Shown here piece by piece: positions 8,124 to 15,802 of a stretch of 64,000 nt of DNA. Within the stretch, counting starts at the first letter, position 1, and each line of letters opens with the position of its first letter. The notes beneath the pieces were generated by a model. It was not told the DNA's origin and ran no database searches. It saw nothing but the letters and a program-made list of their open reading frames with translations. The stretch comes from an uncultured Gemmatimonadaceae bacterium (GTDB lineage Bacteria > Gemmatimonadota > Gemmatimonadetes > Gemmatimonadales > Gemmatimonadaceae). The stretch is from contig CAVUDW010000003.1 in assembly GCA_963740355.1 (NCBI GenBank), positions 896,001 through 960,000 on the forward strand, read 5' to 3'. The translations under genes and the position numbers were made by a program.

Positions 8124-8193
8124 ACATGTCCGTGCGGGACTGCAACTTCAGGTGCTTGTCGTCGTCCCGCGCTCTCGGTGAACGCCTGACGAC

Positions 8194-9036
8194 CTACAAC
8201 CCCTTCGCAAACCCCTCACGAAAAGAAGCATAGCGGGGGGACCAGCCTGACGCCAGTAGAGCTCGGTTAGAAACCCGCTGGTTGTTCCGGCTTCGCTGCT
8301 GGTCATTGGCAAAAACCAGCTGGTCCGGATTCCCACCAGCGGATGCCACCAACCAGCGTGACACGTCCGCGGCGAGCGCAGGGGAACCATCACTCACATT
8401 CAGCACCCGTGGCACGCCATCGGCCTTCAGCATATGCAACAGCGATGCCACGATGTCGGCCTGATGGGCGAGGTTGGTCCAATACTGACCGCGCTCAGGG
8501 AGCGTGGCGGCATCGCGCATGCGCCCGCGAGGATCACGCCCAGGGCCATAGATCCCTGCCACGCGCAGCACGGTCACCCCGCTCTGCCCTGACGAGAGGA
8601 GGATGTCTTCCGCAGCGATCAATGCCGCGTTGCCGCTCCCCTCACCGAGGCGCGGGCTCTCCTCAGTCACCCACGCACCGTCGCGCCCGCCGTATACTCC
8701 CGTACTCGACGTATAGAGGAGCGACTGCGCGCCAGTCGCTCGCGCCAATGCCAGCGCTCCCATCGCGGCCGGCGGGTACACATCGTCGTATGCGTCCGCA
8801 CCGCGTGATGGCGCCACCGTGAGCACCACCGCGTCCAGCGTCGACGGCAGGCCATCGACCTGCCCCGCCGCGATATCCCCGCGCAACCAGGTCACACCGC
8901 CAGTGTCCGTCGTTACGCCACTGCGGCGCACGGCCCAGACGGCGTGGCCGACGTCACGCGCAGCCGTGGCGAAGGCACGGCCCACATAGCCGGCGCCAAG
9001 CACCGCGATTCGAAGTTGCTGCACAGGTTCAGTCAT
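8194..9036 (-). CDS. NAD-dependent epimerase/dehydratase (atypical SDR)
   Basis: IAVLGAGYVG, YTSSTGVYG, VLRVAGIYGPGR. Confidence 0.88.
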   Translation of the reverse strand: MTEPVQQLRIAVLGAGYVGRAFATAARDVGHAVWAVRRSGVTTDTGGVTWLRGDIAAGQVDGLPSTLDAVVLTVAPSRGADAYDDVYPPAAMGALALARATGAQSLLYTSSTGVYGGRDGAWVTEESPRLGEGSGNAALIAAEDILLSSGQSGVTVLRVAGIYGPGRDPRGRMRDAATLPERGQYWTNLAHQADIVASLLHMLKADGVPRVLNVSDGSPALAADVSRWLVASAGGNPDQLVFANDQQRSRNNQRVSNRALLASGWSPRYASFREGFAKGL

Positions 9037-9070
9037 GGCACAAGGATACGCCGATTTACCTTCCTCGTGC

Positions 9071-11008
9071 ATGCTCACCCAACCGCCCTCGGGCCACCAA
9101 CGTGATCACGGAACGCGAGACGCATCCACCGAGCGGGATGTTCCGCGAGCGCGTGCACTGGCATTGAAGTACGGCTGGAATGCGATGGCGTATCAGGTCG
9201 TGAACGACGGCATGCAACACTGGTTTGCAGCCGACGGCGACGCGGTCATCGGCTACGTGCGCACACACGGCGTCTGCCTCGTGGCCGGCGCACCGATCTG
9301 CGATGCTGAGCGCCTGGCCGATGTTCTGGATGAATGGGAGCGATTTCTTTCCAGCATCGGCTGCAAGGCCTGCTACTTCGGCGCGGCGGGCCGCGTCTTC
9401 GATGCCCTGCACGATCGCGAGGGTTACTCGACCGTCGTGCTTGGCGCGCAGCCGGTCTGGCACCCCGCACGGTGGCCGCAGATTCTCGAGCGCAGCGCGT
9501 CCCTGCGCGGCCAGACACACCGTGCGCGCAACAAGGGAGTGACGGTCAGCGAATGGACACCCGAGCGTGCCTCGGCCGACGACCGCCTGCGTCTCTGCCT
9601 CGACCAGTGGCTCAGATCCCGCGGACTGCCCACACTCCATTTCCTCGTCGAACCGCACACGCTGCACGATCTCACCGGGCGACGGATCTTCGTCGCCGAG
9701 CGTGGGCGCGACGTCGTTGGATTCATCAACGCGTCACCCGTGCCCGCACGGCGTGGCTGGCTCGTGGAACAGTTCGTCCGCAGTGCGCGTGCACCCAACG
9801 GCACCATCGAGGCGCTGCTGGACACCATGATGCGCGCGGTGGCGGCTGATGGCGCCGAGTATGTGACGATGGGGCTCGTGCCGCTCCGGGAAGGCGGTGC
9901 CACGCCAATCAATGTGAATCCCGCCTGGCTGGTCGCGGTGCTCAAGCTCGTTCGCGTCCATGGACGCCGCTTCTACAACTTCGGAGGCCTTGAACGATTC
10001 AAGACAAAATTCCAGCCGGATGCATGGGAACCGATCTACGCCATCAGCGCTGAACCGGCATTTTCGATCCGGACGCTGTACGCGATAGCCGCCGCGTTCA
10101 CCGTGCAATCGCCACTGCTCGCAGCGGGTGGTGGCCTCGTTCGCGCCGTCGCCGTCGAGCTCGACCGACTACAACGCTCTCTCGGTCTCAAGCGCCGCAG
10201 AGCCTGCAGCGACGCGCCCATCGCGGCGTGGTCGTGTCCGGCCGATCAGCAGTTCCGTCAGCAATGCATCGACATCCAGCTGCGTGGGGATGTGGTGGGT
10301 TGCGGCAGATTCCTTCCATCGACCGACGCGCACACCAAGGCTGGCGCTGCCGTCGAGTACTCGAAACGCCGCTTCATCCGTGAGCTCGTCGCCGACGAAG
10401 AGCGCCCCGGGCAACTGGTGCTGCTCGATCAGGTGCTTGAGCGCATCACCTTTGTCAGGCGCACCCGATGGAATCAGGTTCACGAGCCCGATGCCTTGTA
10501 CCAGCGTCACCTTGTGTGGCAGCGTGGGCGCCAGCACTTCCATCGCAGCAATGGCCACGCCGGGGTCGGGAGCGTGCCAGTAGTGCACCGACACCGACTG
10601 CACCTTGTTCTCGATTTCGACACCATCGAGGCCGGCGACGACTTCCGTCAGGCGCGGCATCCAAGCCGCCACTTCACGCGCGGCACGCTTGGCGAATGGC
10701 GAAGGCTCGGCGCCGTGGTTGCCGATGACGGCCAGCAGGGGAATGCCCTCGAGCCGCGGCGAGACATCGTGCACCGAGCGACCGGTGATCACCGCCACCG
10801 GCGCCGCGTGCGCAAGGCTCCGCAAGAGCTCTGCGGTTTCGACGCGCATCCGGGTCGCCGCCGGATCGGTTCCCATCGGCGCCAGGGTGCCGTCGAAATC
10901 GAACCCCAGCAATGCACCGCTGGCGCCGAGGGCGCGAAGTCGTTCGATGTTGCGAGCAGCGAGAATGTTTCGGCTTGGCACTCAGGAGTGATTGCAGGAT
11001 TGATCTGA
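9071..11008 (+). CDS. DUF2156 / phosphatidylglycerol lysyltransferase-like C-terminal domain protein; frame stays open antisense across otsB
   Basis: AGAPIC, APNGTIE, FYNFGGLERFKTKFQPDAWEPIY motifs. Recognisable similarity ends near 10170 but the first stop is at 11006-11008. Confidence 0.75.
   Translation: MLTQPPSGHQRDHGTRDASTERDVPRARALALKYGWNAMAYQVVNDGMQHWFAADGDAVIGYVRTHGVCLVAGAPICDAERLADVLDEWERFLSSIGCKACYFGAAGRVFDALHDREGYSTVVLGAQPVWHPARWPQILERSASLRGQTHRARNKGVTVSEWTPERASADDRLRLCLDQWLRSRGLPTLHFLVEPHTLHDLTGRRIFVAERGRDVVGFINASPVPARRGWLVEQFVRSARAPNGTIEALLDTMMRAVAADGAEYVTMGLVPLREGGATPINVNPAWLVAVLKLVRVHGRRFYNFGGLERFKTKFQPDAWEPIYAISAEPAFSIRTLYAIAAAFTVQSPLLAAGGGLVRAVAVELDRLQRSLGLKRRRACSDAPIAAWSCPADQQFRQQCIDIQLRGDVVGCGRFLPSTDAHTKAGAAVEYSKRRFIRELVADEERPGQLVLLDQVLERITFVRRTRWNQVHEPDALYQRHLVWQRGRQHFHRSNGHAGVGSVPVVHRHRLHLVLDFDTIEAGDDFRQARHPSRHFTRGTLGEWRRLGAVVADDGQQGNALEPRRDIVHRATGDHRHRRRVRKAPQELCGFDAHPGRRRIGSHRRQGAVEIEPQQCTAGAEGAKSFDVASSENVSAWHSGVIAGLI
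10169..10981 (-). CDS. otsB: Trehalose-6-phosphate phosphatase
   Basis: HAD motifs FDFDGTLAP, ITGRS, GNHGAE, IENK, DKGDAL, FVGDELTDEAAF; adjacent to otsA. Confidence 0.93.
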   Translation of the reverse strand: MPSRNILAARNIERLRALGASGALLGFDFDGTLAPMGTDPAATRMRVETAELLRSLAHAAPVAVITGRSVHDVSPRLEGIPLLAVIGNHGAEPSPFAKRAAREVAAWMPRLTEVVAGLDGVEIENKVQSVSVHYWHAPDPGVAIAAMEVLAPTLPHKVTLVQGIGLVNLIPSGAPDKGDALKHLIEQHQLPGALFVGDELTDEAAFRVLDGSASLGVRVGRWKESAATHHIPTQLDVDALLTELLIGRTRPRRDGRVAAGSAALETERAL

Positions 11009-11009
11009 C

Positions 11010-13298
11010 TCAGGCGCCAGTACTGACCGGCAGCGCAAGTCCGGAAAGATTCAGCGTTCGACGAGCGCGAACCCGCAACTGTGCAGCATCGAGCAACATG
11101 CGCCCCGCCCATCGGTACACGTTGTGCTCGGCCACCACCGCCCGCATCGCCCGCATGCGTTCCGCCTGCTCCGCCGGCGGCATCAGTGCAGCGCGTTCCA
11201 TCGCGCAGCTCGCCTCTTCTACATCGTACGGATTCACGATCAGGGCATCCGCCAACTCGTTCGCGGCGCCGGCAAACTTGCTCAGGACCAATACCCCGCG
11301 TTCGTCGTCACGGGCCGCCACGAATTCCTTTGCCACCAGGTTCATGCCATCGTGCAGGCTACTGACATAACACATATCGGCAGCACGGTAGAATCGGAAG
11401 ACGCGCTCCGGCTCGTGATGGGCTCGCAGGAAGACCACCGGCTTGTACGTCGCCGTCCCGAAGCGGGCATTGATTCGTTCCACGCTCGATTCCACCGCGA
11501 AGCGCAGCTGCTGGTACTGCGGAATCTCCGAACGGCTCGGCGCGGCCAACTGCGCGAACACGAATCGCCCCACCAGCGATGGGCGACGTTCCAGCAGGCG
11601 CTCCACCGCGTCGATCCGCTCCTCGATGCCCTTGGTGTAGTCGAGCCGATCGACACCGACCGCCAGTACGGTGTCCTCAGGCAGCCCAAGCTCCTCGAAC
11701 ACCAAACGGCGGCACTCGACCGCATCGGGAATCGATTCCGTCCAGCGCACCGGCCACTCCACGGAGATGGGATATGGGCGCACCAGTGTGCGAGCGCCCT
11801 GTCGAATGACGGCATTGTCGGCACGATCGATCCGCGCCTCGAGCGAGGTGTCGACCGTCTCGAGGAAATGGTTGCAGTGCGATTGGGTGTGAAAGCCCAC
11901 GATGCTCGACCCTAGCAGCCCGTCAACCAGCTCTTCCCGCCAGGGACAGATGCTGAATCGCTCCGCGTTGGGCCACGGGATGTGCCAGAAGGTGATGATC
12001 GTGGCGCGCGGCAGTCGCTCACGAATCATCCGTGGCGCGAGGGCGAAGTGATAGTCCTGCACCAGCACGATCGGATCGTCTTCGGTCGTCTCCTGAACGA
12101 CGGCATCCGCAAACCGTGAGTTGATGGTCTTGTAGTGCTCCCAGTCGCCGCTGCGGAAGATGGGACGCGCATACGTCTGGTGACAGACCGGCCAGAGCCC
12201 TTCGTTGGCGAAGCCGTAGTAGTAGCCCTGTTCTTCCTGCTCCGACATCCAGACGCGGCGCAGGCGGTACGACTCTTCACCAGGCGGCACCATCAAGCGC
12301 CCCTTCGCGTCCGCAGAGGCGCGGTCGGCCGATCCGCTGCCGTGCGCGATCCAGACACCCGAACAGGCACGCATCACCGGCTCCAGCGCGGTTACCAGAC
12401 CGGACGCGGGGTGCCGAACGACCACACCATCCGGTGTGCTGTCGTGAATGTAGGGTTCGCGATTGGCGACGATCACGAGGCTTTCCTCACGCACGTGCTC
12501 CTGCAACACCTTGCGCAACCGCGCCCGCGTCCAGCGACCGTCGCGGTCTTCCTCGACGGCGGCAGCGGCACGCCGCTGCGCCATCGCGCGGATATCGTCC
12601 AGCACCGGCGATTCACCGTCTCGCCACCACTGCCCCTCGCCCCGCAATGCACCCGTCAGGCGTCGCATCAGGCCGCCCCGAGTGAGGCGCGATGAGAGCA
12701 AGGTCAGGAGTGACGACGCGACCGCCAGCATGCCAAAGACCAGCATCGCCCAGCGCTGTACCAGCGTCTCGCGCGCCAGCGCCGGCTCCAGCGTCTGCAA
12801 CAGGACCAGGCGCACCGGGAGCGTCAGGCCCGAGGCGAACGTCGTGATGCTCACGTGCGACGGTGCCGCCTCGGCCGCAGACTTCACGACACCGCTCAGC
12901 GTCCCGGTCTTCTCGCCGCGCCACTTCACCACCTGCACACGTGCGCGATCACACCACTCACCATCGACGGGAAAGGTCGGCGTGCGGGTGATGATCACGC
13001 CATCGGTTCGGCAGAGCGCCGCCGACATCACCTCATCGTTATGGACGATGTCACCGAGCAGCATCGTCAGCCGGCGCTCATCGCCAGCCGCGTAGGCGGA
13101 GAGCACACCTTGCCGCACACTACTCGCGGCCAGTACCGCACGAGAGTGCAGTTCAGATTCGAACCAGGCACGCGTGGTGCGTGTCGTGACCACGCCCACC
13201 GCAACGACCACCAACGCGATCGCCGCCAGCAACGGCAACAACAGTCGCAATGACTCGCGAAATGGGCCGTGCGTCGTTCGTCGATCAGGAACTGGCAT
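11010..13298 (-). CDS. otsA: Trehalose-6-phosphate synthase (GT20) with N-terminal two-TM extension
   Basis: IVANREPY, ASGLVTAL, YYYGFANEGLWP, QDYHF, FWHIPWP, GVDRLDYTKGI, DGMNLVAKEF; about 260-aa N-terminal extension. Confidence 0.93.
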   Translation of the reverse strand: MPVPDRRTTHGPFRESLRLLLPLLAAIALVVVAVGVVTTRTTRAWFESELHSRAVLAASSVRQGVLSAYAAGDERRLTMLLGDIVHNDEVMSAALCRTDGVIITRTPTFPVDGEWCDRARVQVVKWRGEKTGTLSGVVKSAAEAAPSHVSITTFASGLTLPVRLVLLQTLEPALARETLVQRWAMLVFGMLAVASSLLTLLSSRLTRGGLMRRLTGALRGEGQWWRDGESPVLDDIRAMAQRRAAAAVEEDRDGRWTRARLRKVLQEHVREESLVIVANREPYIHDSTPDGVVVRHPASGLVTALEPVMRACSGVWIAHGSGSADRASADAKGRLMVPPGEESYRLRRVWMSEQEEQGYYYGFANEGLWPVCHQTYARPIFRSGDWEHYKTINSRFADAVVQETTEDDPIVLVQDYHFALAPRMIRERLPRATIITFWHIPWPNAERFSICPWREELVDGLLGSSIVGFHTQSHCNHFLETVDTSLEARIDRADNAVIRQGARTLVRPYPISVEWPVRWTESIPDAVECRRLVFEELGLPEDTVLAVGVDRLDYTKGIEERIDAVERLLERRPSLVGRFVFAQLAAPSRSEIPQYQQLRFAVESSVERINARFGTATYKPVVFLRAHHEPERVFRFYRAADMCYVSSLHDGMNLVAKEFVAARDDERGVLVLSKFAGAANELADALIVNPYDVEEASCAMERAALMPPAEQAERMRAMRAVVAEHNVYRWAGRMLLDAAQLRVRARRTLNLSGLALPVSTGA

Positions 13299-13416
13299 TC
13301 GGGCTTCTCCGGTACGAGCGAAGTGCTGCTGCGTCTCGCGGCTCGGCGTCGTGACATGTCAGGTCGACAGGAACATGACCTCGCAACACGTGGCGCAGCT
13401 CGTCGTTGAGCACGCA

Positions 13417-13432
13417 AGCAACCCCAACGCCA
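13417..13432 (-). promoter_or_regulatory. sigma54 -24/-12 promoter motif upstream of otsA
   Basis: TGGCGT-TGGGG-TTGCT (GG-N10-GC), about 120 nt upstream of otsA. Confidence 0.55.
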
Positions 13433-13580
13433 TCCCTCATGGGTCCGTACGGACCCTGCCATCATGGCCGCTGATCAGCCGATCAGTCAGGCAACATCTC
13501 ACGCCGCTGATGTGTTAGCATCCGGGCAGCGATTCACGGCCCGACATCACTCTTTCAGGCGCGACATCAGAGCACTCGAC

Positions 13581-14528
13581 ATGGAACTTCTCGGCATTCA
13601 TCACCTCACCGCGGTGTCGTCGCAGATCCGCGAGAATCACCTGTTCTACACCAGGACACTTGGCATGCGCCTTGTGAAACGCTCGGTGAACCAGGATGAT
13701 GTGAGCGCCTACCACTTGTTCTATGCCGATGCCAAGGGCTCACCCGGCAGCGACATCACCTTCTTCGACTGGAGTGTGCCGCGGGAGCGGCGCGGTACTC
13801 GTTCCATCACACGCACTGCCCTCCGCGTCGCCGGTGCCAGCACGCTCGAGTGGTGGTCGACGTATTTCGCCGAACAGGGTGTGAAAGCGGCCCCGATCGT
13901 GGAACGCGACGGTCGCCTGCTGCTCGATTTCGAGGATCCTGAAGGCCAGCGATTGACCTTGATCGACGATGGTGGCGTCGGTCCGGCATTCCCGTGGGAC
14001 CGAAGCACAGTGCCCGCTGCACAGCAGGTGCGAGGCCTTGGGCCCATCACCATCAGCGTCCCAGTACTCGGCCCCACCGATGCGCTCTTGCAGCGCGCGT
14101 TGCTGATGCGCCAGGTGCGCGAATACCCGCACCCTGACAACGAACGCCACACCGTGCATGTGTACGCCATGGGCGACGGCGGTCCATCGGCCGAACTGCA
14201 CGTCGCGGTGCAACCCGACATCGCCCCCGCTGCACCAGGTGCCGGCGGCGTGCATCACGTCGCCTTCCGCATCGCCGATGACAGCTACGAATCCTGGTCC
14301 GAGCGGCTCAACACGATCGGCATCCCGAACAGTGGCCAGGTTGATCGCTACTGGTTCAAGTCGCTCTACCTGCGCGAACCCAACGGCGTGCTCTTCGAGC
14401 TCGCCACCGACGGCCCCGGCTTCGGCGTCGACGAAGACGAGGCCACACTCGGCGAAAAAGTCGTCCTCGCCCCCTTCCTCGAACCACGCCGCGCCTCGAT
14501 CCTCGCCAACCTCAAACCCATCGACTGA
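13581..14528 (+). CDS. Ring-cleaving dioxygenase, VOC/glyoxalase superfamily (MhqO-like)
   Basis: GIHHLTAV, LVKRSVNQDD..YHLFY, GGVHHVAFR, DRYWFKSLYLREPNGVLFELATDGPGF. Confidence 0.92.
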   Translation: MELLGIHHLTAVSSQIRENHLFYTRTLGMRLVKRSVNQDDVSAYHLFYADAKGSPGSDITFFDWSVPRERRGTRSITRTALRVAGASTLEWWSTYFAEQGVKAAPIVERDGRLLLDFEDPEGQRLTLIDDGGVGPAFPWDRSTVPAAQQVRGLGPITISVPVLGPTDALLQRALLMRQVREYPHPDNERHTVHVYAMGDGGPSAELHVAVQPDIAPAAPGAGGVHHVAFRIADDSYESWSERLNTIGIPNSGQVDRYWFKSLYLREPNGVLFELATDGPGFGVDEDEATLGEKVVLAPFLEPRRASILANLKPID

Positions 14529-14706
14529 AATCCGGTGACAGTGCACTCATTCCCTGAAATCCGGTGACAGTGCACTGATTCCGCGATTCCCGGGCTATCT
14601 CCGGTGACAGTGCACTGTTTGCTGGGAGCCGGAAATCCGGTGACAGTGCACTGATTGGAAATCCGGTGACAGTGCACGGATTGCAGGAATCCGATGACAC
14701 TGCACT
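14527..14706 (+). repeat. Array of six ~20-bp direct repeats GAAATCCGGTGACAGTGCACT (family A)
   Basis: Copies at about 14527, 14556, 14597, 14632, 14658 and 14687 (last one degenerate); irregular 5-20 nt spacers. Confidence 0.9.
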
Positions 14707-14743
14707 GATCGGTCGCCTCGATCCCCTTCTCGTCAGTGCGCCG

Positions 14744-15670
14744 CTACCGCGACGTTGCACTCACATCCGCACTCGACTGCCACGCACTCCACCACAGGTC
14801 GCGCAGCATCGTGGCGCCGGCCGCCAGTCGTGCCACTGCGAACTCCTTGTTCGCCGGCGTACTGTTCGACGCATCGAATGGGGCGGCCTTGTCGAGCTGG
14901 TACATGCGTTCGACCTGCGCGTGCGTCTGCAGGAAGTATTCGACGATCGCCGGTCGCAATGACGAGAAGAACTGCGGCTCCGCCGTGATGCGCACTGAGA
15001 TGTCGGAGAGCTTCACGTTCGCCTGGACGAAAGCCGACTCGAAGCGTCCATGAAAGCGATTGTCGCTCGCATAGCCATTCGGATTGGCGCCCGCCCAGCC
15101 GTTGAAGTGAATCGAGGTATGCGCCGGATTCGAACCGTCGGCGACGTAGTGTCCGAGGATCCCGGCGTCATTGATGATGCGCGACTCGATCCAGCCACGG
15201 ACCTGCGCATTCGGCGCCGCACGCCATTGGCGGAAATCGATGCGCAGCCGCTGCGTCAGCTCGAGGATGCGAAACGGCAAGGCACCTGCGCTTGACGGAT
15301 CGACGTTGTGTGCGCGGAGTGTATCGGCGAACGCAAAACGATCCCTCGCCGCCATGGCGCCCGCTCGGCTCGTGACCGGGATGCGCTCATAGTTGAGATA
15401 GTGGTCAGGCGCCGTCGCACCGTCGAGCGCACTGTCGAGCGCACGCTCGGCGCCCGTACGCCAGCGATCAGGCTCGGGATTGAGATACGCGAGCTGCGGT
15501 GCCGCATCGCGAAAAAACTGCGGCATCTCGAGCGGGAGGGCGGCGGCGGCAGCCTGTGCGGTGAGGCGATGCCCTGCCTCTCCCCACATGCGTCCATCAT
15601 GCCGAAAATACGAGCCGCTCGCAGCGATCGCGATCACGGCCACCAGGGAAGTCTGTCGATCGAAGTTCAT
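14744..15670 (-). CDS. S1/P1 nuclease family protein (secreted)
   Basis: Signal-like N-terminus; WGEAGH, PDRWR, GHYVAD..PAH and HGRFE zinc-ligand motifs. Confidence 0.8.
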   Translation of the reverse strand: MNFDRQTSLVAVIAIAASGSYFRHDGRMWGEAGHRLTAQAAAAALPLEMPQFFRDAAPQLAYLNPEPDRWRTGAERALDSALDGATAPDHYLNYERIPVTSRAGAMAARDRFAFADTLRAHNVDPSSAGALPFRILELTQRLRIDFRQWRAAPNAQVRGWIESRIINDAGILGHYVADGSNPAHTSIHFNGWAGANPNGYASDNRFHGRFESAFVQANVKLSDISVRITAEPQFFSSLRPAIVEYFLQTHAQVERMYQLDKAAPFDASNSTPANKEFAVARLAAGATMLRDLWWSAWQSSADVSATSR

Positions 15671-15802
15671 GATCCGGCGAATCGCAGGTCGCGTCGTGCG
15701 CGGTATCTGCAGAAATTGGTAGCATTGGGATATATCTGTCGAGGCCCACTACCCCGAATGCTACGGATCAATACCGCCGAGCGCGTCCGTAGAAATTCGT
15801 AA

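Noticed and set aside
8141..8157. sigma54 promoter for RNA copy E
   Set aside because: AAGCAC-N6-TTGCA has the wrong spacing and lacks GG; kept only as a remark.
13299..13416. Sixth copy of the RNA motif in the otsA leader
   Set aside because: Contains TCCTGTCG but no AGWYGRAGGC and no terminator.
14527..14706. CRISPR array
   Set aside because: Repeat is only about 20 bp, spacers are 5-20 nt and irregular, there are no cas genes, and the same unit is dispersed at 50.7 kb.
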